Below the pieces are notes generated by a model that was not told where the DNA came from, made no database searches, and saw nothing but the letters and a program-made list of their open reading frames with translations. Shown in pieces: positions 28,630 through 40,809 of a stretch of DNA of 64,000 nucleotides (position 1 is the first letter of the stretch; each line of letters starts with the position of its first letter). The DNA is from Auanema rhodensis (lineage: Eukaryota > Animalia > Nematoda), in the NCBI GenBank assembly GCA_964057225.1, contig OZ059897.1, positions 14,818,001 to 14,882,000 of the forward strand. Direction: 5' to 3'. A program made the position numbers and the translations under genes.

Positions 28630-29220
28630 ATATATTACTCTACTTTGGATCTCTACGATTAAACTTCTTAATATATTTCATTAATATTCCTGATAGTACC
28701 CATTTTTATTACAAGTTTTATTGGCATGTTCAATACTCAGTTCATAAGATACGTTAGAAATTAATTTTCTTGTTAACATGTAGCTACTCTAGTCCTAACC
28801 TACATTCCCGGTATGATACTTTAATCACAACAGCTTTACTTCATTAGTACGCACCTTCTATTAGTCTTTGTATTCGACATGTCTCAATAAACATTTAGTA
28901 TGAAATACGGAAGATTCACAAGAATATTTATTATTTAACAGGAAAGAAAACAAACGTAACAACCATATTCACAAGAAAACCAAAGCTATTCACAAGAATA
29001 TAAAAGGCATCAAGATTATTAATGTGACAGTATCCTAAGAAGGAACGAGATAAAATAGAAATAACAGAAGTTTATAGCACAGAATATGACACAAGGTAAT
29101 TGAGGGTGCAACGGAAACATCTAAAAAAAATGTTTACAGGATATGACACAGAATGTTTGGAAATACACATGGTAAAAAAAAGTATGTACATCAATAGTAA
29201 AAATCTGATATGTATATAAA

Positions 29221-31348
29221 TTATATTGCGAGCAAACTAGACATTTCTGCTAAGATAGGAGTTATTGCCACATGAGAATTAATTTCTATTTGAAGATTTC
29301 CCAAACCGGCTGTAAGTTATTGATATTATCTTGGAAATATTGCTTACGTTTTTACCTCGGGAATCCGAATGTGTTAAATATTCATGAAATTGTCGAACGT
29401 GAGCATCATATACAGATTTATACAATTGTCTTCTTTGCTCAACATTCAGAGAATTCATGGAATATATAAGCGGAACTCGCAGCATGGAAGGTATATCCAT
29501 ACCCCATCGGTAAAGTAACTGAATATGTACAATATACTAGCCCTTTAGTTACTATCATACCACTTTGATGGAGTTTACAATACTTCCAGCTTCATCGTCA
29601 TAGCCGTGCCTGATTCGGGCACATACGCTTATCGGGATTAAACAAGGGCGGTGGGTTAATAACATCACGAAGTTATCAAATGACCAAGGTTCCGGAAACG
29701 CTATAAAACTAACGTTATTAACAAATATACCTTCTCACATACTGGTTATTTCTTCAATTATATTGAAAACTTCATTTTCAGTCCAGGTATACAGACCATC
29801 ATTGAGCATCTTGCTTTGTAATAAGGTGTACAAAGCATCAGACATTGGCTTCAGCCTATCTTCCGCATCGCTCCATGATGAGACAGCTATATCAACTAGA
29901 GACCTCCAGTTAATATACTCTATTTTGCATAACCATGAGATGACACATAGATAATACTTTTACCTGAGCCATCTTCTGCCTTCTCCAAAGAATTGAATAA
30001 AACAAGAAACAAGCGGCCTTGATGGTTGGCAGACATTTGTGTTCGCATTAATGCAGACAACCAGAATGCTCGTTCTCTTTCAACTCCTTTATCCGAAATT
30101 TTATCAGCCATCATAATCGAATCAATGAATAAACCACGTAGCATGGTTCGCAACTGAATGATTCATTTTAAAATAAATAACAAGAATACTCTGTACTTCA
30201 ATTTCCAATTTAGGATTTGATCCATACGGCTCAATGATCATTCGTCTGATGGCACTCTCAATTTTACAATTTTCCATTTTGAGGACTGCTCTTAAGACTT
30301 TGGAACACTCAGTGAACGCCCACTTTGTACACATCTGAAATAATAATGTTCCATGTATAAAAACGGCTGGTACTAACTGTGTGAATAAATCTTCCCCATC
30401 CGTGGTAATCAGTTATATAACATTTACATTTTTCCATGAAAGCTATAAGCTTGAGAATTCGAAATGGGGTAGTCTTGCATACCGTTGTGGCTTTAAGAAG
30501 CTCCCCTAAAAAAAATTGAAATTAATTTGCATACCAATTAATTTACCAAAAGTATGGAAAGGGTCGCGAGAGGTATACGGTAAAGACCGATTTGCTACAA
30601 ACTCCCGATATTCTCTCACAAGTCGATTACAATAAGCATTTGTTTCCATGTATTCGGTAATTCTTTTTGACCATTCATGAGATGATAACGCCAATGTTAC
30701 AAGACGAGGAACTAAAATTATATCGGGTGTGTTTAGTAATAGTTGATAAACTCACTTGATATATTTTCTATGAAAGTGTTAAAAAGAGGAGGAGAGAGTT
30801 GATCAAAAATTCCTAATGCAGATGGTAAAGCATTTGTTAAAGATTCGCAACAAAGCATAACTCCATTATCAATGATAGATTCTAAATTGAAAATAGTACA
30901 TGGTTGTATGATTTCACCTCAATTACCATCTTCCGAAAAAAAATCATTAGTATTTGGAGTTTCAGGATATTTTTCGACAGGAGACTTGAACTTAGCTCCA
31001 ACTATGGTGCAACCGCGCTTCTGTCTTTTTCTAAAGAAAAAAAATAACTTCAAAACGTAATATTTTCAAACCCTAATTCATTTGTGTCTTCATCTTTGCC
31101 ACATGCAAAAACTCTTTTGAGCTGTTTTCTTACAGGAAAAAATGTGGTAATTCTTGAAGTTAAACCTCTTCCCTATGAAAACAAGAATATATAACTTTTA
31201 TTCAACCCTGTGTTTAGTTGTTTGTTTTATACAATACCTCGCTCTTATTCCCCGATGAGTGTATTGAGACAAGTCTACTTCCTATCCGAGATGTTCTAGG
31301 AGTTACTGGTAACTCGTCAGTTCGCTGTTCTTCTTTCGCCTCTGACAT
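29221..31348 (-). CDS. prom-1: F-box protein FBXO47/PROM-1 (meiotic entry)
   Basis: F-box-like LGIFDQLSPPLFNTFIENISIPRLVTLALSSHEW, plus an FBXO47-type C-terminal block WTENEVFNIIEEITTFPEPWSFDNFVMLL. Confidence 0.78.
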
Positions 31349-31537
31349 GATTTAATATATTGCAAGTATAATAAACTACAATAATACAATGCACCCTGAA
31401 AATAATATAATATTAATGAATTTACTAAAAAAAGAAAAATCAATAGACAATACTATAAAGACAGATCAAAATTCAAATTACATTAATCAATTATAAAAAA
31501 ACAGCCTAAATCATAAATACACACTGACAAAACTAAA

Positions 31538-31710
31538 AGAGCGGGAAAATTATCATTAATTCGACAACCATCTGGCTTGCGCGCGAAATCATATCATTTA
31601 AATTCCGCGTCAGTATCACTAAGCCAATTAGCTTTGAGCAGTGTCTTCTCTTATTCGCTAATTAAGCGAAAGCTCCTCCTATGTTGTGTTGTTTTTTTCG
31701 AAATTCAAGA
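31538..31710. promoter_or_regulatory. E2F/CHR (DREAM)-like motifs upstream of prom-1
   Basis: GCGGGAAAA (~31542), GCGCGCGAAA (~31579) and TTTCGAA/TTCAA (~31696-31708). Confidence 0.5.
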
Positions 31711-31831
31711 CCTAATTTTAAAATTTTTAAAGTGAAATGTTTTTTCTTTATTTCATCAAAAAAAACATAGTCGGAAATATTTATTCTTTTAAGAGTTTTC
31801 TGATTATCTACAAACAATGAAAGAGTTTAGA

Positions 31832-33721
31832 TTAATATGCAAATTTAACAATTTTATTTTTTATGTTAGAAGGTCTTAATAAAAGTGTGATTATAACTAT
31901 TAGTAAAAGGAAAGATGAAATGAATAGAGATACTGTAAATATCAAAAGTGGGGATTGATTTTCGCACTCAATTGCTGAAGACACTTTTTGTTCTGAAAAT
32001 AATTTGATATTATTCAAGTTCTGGTTATTATGTTTACCGTAATATTTCACGTCTTGCTCATTTTCAAGTACTCGTAATTCTCCTACTAGATCTATCTCTG
32101 GATACCCATTATTCATGGAAAATTTCGTCTTTGGAGCACTATTTCTATCATCAATTAGAATTTCTCTTCGTTGTCTCTTAGGATTGAAACTGAAAGTTCA
32201 TTTTTAAGTGAATAGTTTCGGAACACTTAAGGACACACCCGTATCCGAAGTATATGCTGCCTATGGTAGCATTTTTGTCATTGTTGTTGTCATCAGAGAA
32301 AGTCTGTACGTCGCTCGCAAGAACGCCTTCATCACTCGTCAGAAGGCGAGTACTGATATTCAATATTTAGTTTTAGTAAGTTGCACTCTCACCTGGGATC
32401 GTCTACAGTTTTGAATATTTCTTTTATTCCCTTTTGTGGAGCTTCACGTAAACGTTTAGCTTGTTCTATTCTCTGATCCAAAGATGGACAAGAAGTTGGT
32501 GGCTATATAGACCATGAATAAATTTTAGTTTAATTTAACTAACCGAAACTTGGCGGCAGTCGTCTCCTTGAAGACAAATTCTTATTTGACAAATAAATCT
32601 AGTTATGGTTTTTGATGCGAATTTGAATACATGTGTTTCCTTAAATAAAGTATTTTCATAAGCACTATTTAAAGATAATTGTACTTGAAATGCGGTTGAT
32701 AAATCATCTGAATATTTTGGTGTTGCCATGACATAATGATCAACTCCACATCTGAAAAATGGTTTGCTTTCAAAGGACAGTTTTGTCGATTTTTATACCC
32801 ATTTTGATCTATTATCATTATTCGATTTCCTTGTCCATCTTCAACATGACAGTTTTGAACTAATATCCCAGTATTTTCTACGATTCAATAAAATATCTGG
32901 ACTTCTTATGTTTTTCGAAACATACCTCCTTCACATTTCCAGACGTGAAATACATTCTCTCCAATAGTAGCGTAATAGACTTCTTGTCCTGTCGCTGATC
33001 CTTTTCTGATCGAATAAGAACATTTTGGGGGAGATGATATATCAAATTGAGGTGTTAATTCTGTTGGTGGAGCCTCGCTGAAATCACAAAGAATATTTTC
33101 AGTTTTAGTAGATGGTAGATGTTGAAGAATATATGCTTATCTAGCAATGCTTATGTACACACCTAATATCAAGGGATTGCTCAAAATCATCCAGAACATG
33201 ACTTTTGACATATACACATTGCGCGCAATAACTACGATCAGCTTCTGTTACAAACAGTGGGTGAAGCTGAACGTTAATGCAAATTCGTTGAATCACTCCA
33301 GAAGGATTGTCCTTGAATTTTAATTATTCGACTACTTAAAATATGTGATCATACTGTAGTTTCAGCATTCATGCCACAATGGCCATGCTGGAACGTAATC
33401 TTGTTCATATTTCTTGAAGAGCAATTGTTGTCGTCTGGAAAATCGTCAGCATAGATGTGAGAAGGATTGGAAGAAGTTGTCTTGATCTGAAACTCAATTA
33501 ATGTAAAAAAATATGCATGCATACATGTCTGTAAGCCTCTTAATATTATACATAATCGGGATATTTAACAAACTATGTATTTAACAGAAAACCCTGACCT
33601 TAATTATAATACGTTCTTGTTCACAAAGCACTATCGGAATATCGACTATTTCGTTTGGATACTTGAGCGACAACGAGAGTAGGCTAGATTGTACAAGGAT
33701 CAACATTATGAGATACATCAT
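31832..33721 (-). CDS. Cuticlin-like ZP-domain membrane protein
   Basis: Signal peptide; NEIVDIPIVLCEQ, QLHPLFVTEADRSYCAQCVY, ATIGENVFHVWKC, IIDQNGCGVD, HVFKFA..FICQIRIC; furin-like RQRR site and a C-terminal TM helix. Confidence 0.88.
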
Positions 33722-34483
33722 GATTTATCTATAAATGGTGTAAACAATAACAACAAATTTTTAGAACTGTTTTCAAATTGGAAATATGGTTTTTATAGAG
33801 AAAACAGGCATCCACTGTAAAAAATCACGCTATTCAAAAATAAATTATGGAGTAGGTATAAATATAGACGTATTGATAAATGACAGCTACAGTATTTTCA
33901 GGGAACGAACTTCCTTTTGCAAATCGACCTTGTGTAGCTCAGGAAGAATATGAAGCATACAACCTCAGCCTGTTAAAACAGAAGGCCAACTGACTTTTCT
34001 TTCGCTAACGGAATATGGAGGTGGGGCTTTCATCAGTCTTCTATCTATATTTCTATTCACAAATAAGTGGATACGGGCACTTATTACTCTGCTCTTATTC
34101 TAGCATTTCATCGTCTAGGGGACCTTTTCAAAACTTGTCTATCTGTCAGCCTTGCTTAATGCCTATCGTTTCTGGTAATACGAACGTAGAACAGAGACAA
34201 GATATTTGAAAAGCATTTTGAAATATGATGATGACAAGAATAAAACATTGGTCATTCTCCATTATAAGTGCATTTTTAGTAACAGTCATTTCGTTTATGA
34301 AATCATTGTGATTTAAAAAGAAAGCAGCTTCCTAGAGAGAAAAAACTTCTAACCAATTATTCAAAAAAAATTCATTGTTAGACTTGTTGGTACGTACTAG
34401 AAGCTAATCATGTTCTTTGGGGAATTTGAAAAAAGTACTAATGTTGATACATCAAAAAGGGTTCTTGCACACAAACTTAAAGA

Positions 34484-34662
34484 CTATTCTTCCTGTAAAA
34501 TATGAAACGATTATCACCCATATTAGGTTATAAAAACTATACCTTTTTAGACTTATCAGTCTTTTTCTCATCTTTCTCCTCATCATTTTTTTCCTCTTTC
34601 TTCTCTTCTTTCTTTTCTTCTTTCTTTTCTTCTTTCTTTTCTTCTTTCTTTTCTTCTTTCTT

Positions 34663-34695
<33 letters not shown>

Positions 34696-35383
34696 CTTAT
34701 CCTCTTTCTTTTCTTCTTTCTTTTCTTCCTTATTTTCTTCTCTCCTATCTTCACTTTCTTCTTTTCTTGTATCATCATCTTTCTTCTCTTCTTTTTTATC
34801 ATCTTTCTGCTCATTATTTCCTTCTTCTCCTTCCTTATTGAAAATATATGAATATTATGTGCTATGTTATAACAGTTACTTTTCTGAATTCTATGTATAA
34901 GCGTTTTGTGCCATCTGGATCGCCTTTGTGTTCGGACCAAGCACTTCTCGGGTAAATAGCTTCTCCCTTTGGCTAAATATCAAATTTAACGATATTTTGG
35001 TAAAAATCTCCAACCTTTATATAATATATGGCAAAATAATGTTTATTACTTTCAGGAATAGGTTTACCATTATTGAAAGTTAACTTCAATTAGAAAAAAT
35101 GAAGCGTGTTAATAATTGTGTATAAACCTACGTTTACAACGACATTTTCATTGGGTTTTATGCTGGAAACGGGAGGGCGAATACGAAAAAGATCATTCGA
35201 TGTGCATTTAACCTGTGTAACAAATTTTCATCGTATATTTTCATAAAAAAATACTTTTGCTGCAACCCTTTCTGACAAGGGATTTGTTATAGTTAGAGTT
35301 GTAGTAATAGGTTCCTCCCCTATAGTTTTACTACTGAAGAGTATTTTTTCACACGGCTCAAGCTTAAGTGAAAAATCAGTCAT
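34484..35383 (-). CDS. MSP-domain protein with a Glu/Lys-rich tail
   Basis: MTDFSLKLEP..LTITNPLSERVAAKVKCTSNDLFRIRPP..KPIPESNKHYFAIYY is a Motile_Sperm domain, followed by (EEKK)n. Confidence 0.88.
34590..34728 (-). repeat. 12-bp coding tandem repeat (TTTTCTTCTTTC)n encoding EEKK
   Basis: About 11-12 near-identical units are directly visible. Confidence 0.95.
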
Positions 35384-35477
35384 GATTACGACCACGTTGA
35401 AAAATAATTTTTTCAAAAAATAAAATTTACGTGAACTATTTTTCCTATTCACGTTATTTGAAGTTATCAAATATTTA

Positions 35478-35560
35478 GAGCGGCAAATTATAAACGCGCT
35501 TAGTTGCGAAAATCGCGCTCCATTGTATAAGACTTGAATTTAAATTTTTTTTCGAAAAAG
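35478..35560. promoter_or_regulatory. Compact bidirectional promoter between the MSP-domain gene and mtr-4
   Basis: Start codons are ~230 bp apart. The region carries GCGGCAAA, TTGCGAAAATCGCGCTCCATTG and TTTCGAAA motifs. Confidence 0.5.
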
Positions 35561-35614
35561 TATATGTTTCAATCTTTTTATTAATTTTTGCTAGTTATCG
35601 AAAACATTGTAGAA

Positions 35615-38600
35615 ATGGACGTTGATGATCTGTTTGATAGTTTTGGAGGTGGAAATGATGATGTTAAGCCTTCTACCAGCACAGAAGATAAGATGAAAAG
35701 GGTATGCTTGAGGGTTCTAACGTTTTATTGAAACTTCTCATTAAGTTGGAGAAAGAGAAAGAGGATAAATCTCGAGCAATGGCTCAAGATTTTTTGCTAC
35801 AACTGCAGCAAGGAAATATGGGAACAGCTACAGATGCACCTTCAAACAAAAGAGTATGTTTTTATCACGGTAGTAAACAGAATACCGTTATCTTAATAAG
35901 GCTAGAGTTGAACCAGAGGAAGAAGAGGAAGTGGAAGTCTATGGAAATGAAGCTGATGTTAACAGAATGAGTACGATCACAATTGAAACTGGGAATGAAA
36001 ATTGCACACACCAGGTAGATATATACATTATAGTGAGCATTGAGCATTTTTTGAATATAGGTTTGCTTGCCTGTGAATTATGAATATCAACCTCTAATTG
36101 ACCGAAACACCCCTCCTGCTAAAGAGTATCCGTTCCAATTAGATTCTTTCCAAAAGGAAGCCATTGTTTGTATTGAAAATAATCAATCAGTTATGGTCTC
36201 AGCTCATACTTCTGCTGGTAAAACAGTCGTCGCCTTGTAAGTCAAGCTTATTTTAAAGAATCGTTTTTTTCTTATTGTTAAGATATGCCATTGCACAATG
36301 CCTACGAGATAAACAAAGAGTTATTTATACCTCTCCTATTAAAGCTCTCTCTAACCAAAAATATCGTGATCTTGAAGAAGAATTCGGAGACGTGGGCTTA
36401 ATGACCGGTAAGCATTTCTAAATCCATAAGATTTTTTATGCATGTAATAAAGGTGATGTAACTCTTAATCCCGATGCTTCATGTATTGTTATGACAACTG
36501 AAATTTTGAGATCCATGCTCTATCGTGGGTCCGAAATGATGAAAGAAGTAGGTTACGTAATTTTTGATGAAATTCACTACATGCGTGACAAAGGTAAAAT
36601 AAGCTTGCTTTGTATAACCAATATTTTATTTAAAGAAAGAGGTGTAGTTTGGGAGGAAACAATTATTCTGATGAGCCCAAAAATTCATCATGTCTTTTTA
36701 TCTGCTACTATTCCTAATGCTGAACAATTTGCATGTAAGTTAAAATTATATTTTCATCTTTTTTTATTTTTTTTGAAGTGTGGATAGCTTATCTTAAAAA
36801 TGTTCCTTGCCATGTTATATATACCGAATATCGTCCCACTCCCTTACAGCATTTCATTTTTCCTTGTGGAGGGGATGGTTTGTATGAGGTTGTGAACATG
36901 CAGGTAAATAATTTATTTAGGAATTAGTTTATAAAATTTGTATTGCAGGGTATCTTCCGTGAAGATAAGTTCAACCAAGCCATGAGTGGCCTGGCTGAAG
37001 TAGGAGACAAGGCAAAAGGTCCTCAACGCGGACGAAAAGGCGGAATTCAACGTTTGTTAAATAATTTTCTATCTGATAAATTACCTGCTTATAGAAGACT
37101 CAAATATTGTTAAAATCATTAGAACTATCAAAGAACGAGACATGCTTCCTTGCATTATTTTCTCATTTAGTCGAAAGGAATGTGAAGCTTATGCTATTTC
37201 ATTAAAAGATATGGATTTTAACAATGGTTAGTGTTTTATTCTATATGTGTATATGTTTGTGTTTTTAGACGAAGAAAAAAAAATGGTTGAAGAGATTTAT
37301 CATAGTGCTATTGATCTTCTTTCGGATGCAGATAAAAAGCTTCCACAGATAGCTCAGATTTTGCCACTTTTAAAGCGTGGAATCGGTGTTCATCACTCTG
37401 GTTTACTTCCACTTTTGAAAGAAGTTATTGAGATTCTTTTCGGCGAAGGACTCCTTAAGGTTTTCAAGCTCATCATTATCAACATAACCTGTATATTTTT
37501 CAATTTAGACTTTGTTCGCCACTGAAACATTCTCAATGGGTCTCAACATGCCTGCCAGAACTGTATTTTTCACTTCTGCAAGAAAATATGATGGAGCAGA
37601 TCACAGGTAAGCATTGTATCACAGTTTTAATGAACGAAATTGTTTATAGATGGATCACATCTGGAGAATATATTCAGATGTCTGGTCGTGCTGGTCGTCG
37701 TGGTAAAGATGATCGTGGATTAGTAATTCTTATGGTTGACTCGAAAATGAGTAGTGAAGACGCTAAACAAATTATCAAAGTGAGTGTCGTTACTATTAAA
37801 GAACTATATTGTATTTCTTATTTTATAGGGAAAAACTGATCCATTAAATTCACAATTCCGTTTAACATATAATATGGTATTGAACTTGATCAGAGTTGAT
37901 GGATTTAATCCCGAAACTATGATGAGGCACAGTTTCCGCAGATTCCAAGCTTTGTGTGAAACACCCAGACTAAACGAAGGTAAAACAAAATGGAGATGAA
38001 ATTAAAAAGTGAAAATATTTTCAGAACTGAAAGAAAAGGAGCAAGAAATTAAGAAAATATTTGTTGAAAAAGAATCTGAGATACAAGCTGTGGTGGATAT
38101 GGAGAAACAAGTATGAATTTCCGATCGGTACATATCAAACTTCTTATAATTTAGATGCGTATTCTAACTGACACTGTGAAAAAAATTGTTACCCAGCCGA
38201 AATACCTTGTTCCTTTCCTTCATGCAGGAAGATTACTTCATGCACGAAATTTTTTAGTTCTTTCTAAATTTACTTGTTTTGTTTTAGATTAAGGCTGGTA
38301 GTCACGATTTCAGTTGGGGAACTCTTGTAAATTTTGCTCGAAAAACTAATCCTGACGACAGTTCGCAGTTAATTTTCATTATTGAGGTTTGTTGTAAAAG
38401 TTAGCAATGTATCATATTGTTCTTTTAGGTTTTGATTGGAGTATCACCTGCTTCAGCGGGTGAACGTAGCGCAGGGAGTGTTCGACCTCCTAAAAGTGGT
38501 GAACCGGTATTATACAAACATTTTAATTTAATTTGTATGACATATTATTCAGTCAGTATGGGAAGTGGTCCCAATGACTCTTGAATGCATTGATGAAATT

Positions 38601-40160
38601 AGTGCCATTCGTATCAAGCTACCTCAAAACTTAAAGCCGGTTGAAAATCGAAAGGTTGTGGAACAAATGATCACGGTACTTTTTGCGCATGTGCTTAAAT
38701 AATTTTATATAATCTCAGGAGGCCAGAAGACGATTTAATAGCAAGCTACCATTATTACACCCTGTGAATGACATGAAAATCAGTGAAGAAGTTCTTCAAC
38801 ATTCTTTAGAGAAGGAACAACAACTTAAATTACGTTATGAAGAACATCCACTCAGGAAAAGAAAGGATTATGAAACTCTTAGAAAGACGTTCGAAGAAAA
38901 AGTTTTATCATCTTATGACTTGTTTAATTTCTAGAAATTTAGGAAGTGAAGCGTCAGGAATTACAAGTTTTACGTGACCGTTTGAAAGAAACTAACGAGC
39001 TTATTGGTCAAGTTGAGCTTGAAAATAGGAAACGTGTATTGAGAAGATTACAATATTGTTCGCAAGATCTCACGATAGAACAAAAGGTAAATTGGTTTAT
39101 AGTTGATTGTATTTGTATATGTGTGCCTTACAGGGACGTGTTGCATGCGAATTATCAGCAACAGATGAACTAATGTTAACTGAAATGTTGTATGGAGGAG
39201 TTTTTAATGATTTAGCTCCTGGTCATTTGGTGGCTCTTCTTTCCTGCTTTGTTTTCCAGGTTTTTTTTTCCAAGGGCAGTTTAACGTTTTTTCATTAAGG
39301 AGAATGGACAAACCCCAAAATTGGCTGATGAGCTATCAGGATGCTTACGGAGTTTACACGTAAGTGAAACTAATTTTGTAATGAAGTCAATTGGTACCTT
39401 TCTTTATCTAGGAGTATGCTCGAAGAATTGCTAAAATTTCTAATGAATGCAAACTTGAAGTCATTGAGGACAAATATGTTGATTCTTTCAAAGTACGGTT
39501 ATCCATCTCTACAAAATCATTTGATTTCTTCTGCAGGCTGGATTGATGGACGTTGTTTATAATTGGGCTAATGGCATGTCGTTTGCTGAATTAGTCAAGA
39601 CCACAGATGTTTTTGAAGGTTTGTTTAATTTCCTAGACCCCTCATTCAGTAGGTTTCTTGCGTTTGCTTATGATGTGGGTTGAGATATTGTCCGCTAATC
39701 GGATAGTAGACGGTATTCCGATCCAGTGTCAATCATGCCTTGCCGACTTCTAGGAGACAGATTGACTTAGTGACGAACCTTAGGTTGGCTGCCGATGCGG
39801 CTACTTTTATATAGTTTGGCACCCTGGAGCGCTTAACTGAGTGTTGAACCGAGACATTGATGAATGAACAAACTGTTTCTATTCTATTTGCCTGTTCACG
39901 ACAGTCTGTGATTGGCATTGACTCCAGCTCTATATACTAATCTTCCCTCATCGAAATTGCTAATTGATTGAAATAATGTGAATATTAAACATTGTATTTA
40001 AGGATCCATCATCCGTTGTTTCCGACGTCTTGAGGAAGTTCTAAGAGAGATGATCAACGCTTCTAAAGCAATGGCTAATAAAGAATTGGAAGACAAGCTG
40101 GAAATAGCTAGAACTAAAATTAAAAGGGATATTGTGTTCGCTGCATCTTTATATTTGTAA
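35615..40160 (+). CDS. mtr-4: Exosome-associated DExH RNA helicase MTR4/SKIV2L2
   Basis: [61 protein letters not shown] and the C-terminal [11 protein letters not shown]. Confidence 0.97.
39631..39994 (+). ncRNA. Putative structured intronic ncRNA (H/ACA-like 3' domain) in the last intron of mtr-4; family unassigned
   Basis: A 384-nt, GC-richer intron (39619-40002) in a gene whose other introns are ~45-60 nt. Many helices include G-U pairs that work only on the + strand. ANANNA at 39934-39939 and ACA at 39989-39991. Confidence 0.6.
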
Positions 40161-40809
40161 CTCTTACCTCATTTGTATCATCTCGTCTAGAAAGTTAAGT
40201 AATTTTAATCAGAACAATCCAATTGTTGTTGTTATTTCATATATTATTTTGTTATTGTCCTACGTGTCTCTAACTAGTGTTGTTGAGTTTACTTGGAAAC
40301 GCGTTGTTTTAATTAATATTCCTTTGTTAGGTCGTGTTTTAGCAGTGAAAATCTACCGCATACAGTAATCCAAATTCACAGCAGGACTTCTTAATGCAGT
40401 TTCCAACTGTGCATGTCTCCGTAATAAATGATCGTGTTTTTGAGGAAAATGGAGAAACTTCGAACTACATAATTATTAACTATTTGAATTTTGAGTTGAT
40501 TAAGAATCATCACTTTTGTAATGATCGGGCGATATGGGACAGACATGTCGGGGCTTTTTGATAAATGACTTTTCTGAACGTCTAGTTGTTGAGTAGTGCA
40601 CATGATGTGATATCAAGAGATAAAATTAGGAAACTATGTAAGCTTCACCCAACCGGATAATGTTTGCATCAATGAAAATTTTGCGTTATCGAATGAAGAC
40701 TTTAAGGAAGTGACCTATGTTTCTCGAGACAAGGACAGGTTGATGAGAACCGGTTGACCCAGGCGGATTTGGCTGTTTCAATGCTTGCCTAGTTCAAGCT
40801 TTCAGGTGA

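Noticed and set aside
34452-34940. Lys/Arg-rich 162-aa and Ser/Phe-rich 132-aa ORFs in the track
   Set aside because: They are alternative frames or the antisense strand of the EEKK repeat in the MSP-domain gene.
39733-39918. 61-aa antisense ORF in the mtr-4 intron
   Set aside because: It has no recognisable motif or splice context, and the G-U pairing pattern favours a + strand RNA.
39619-40002. Firm call as telomerase RNA, RNase MRP/P, SRP, U3 or U17
   Set aside because: The diagnostic motifs (GCCUAA template, P4 CR-I/CR-V, U3 box A, exact m1/m2) were not found, so it is left unassigned.
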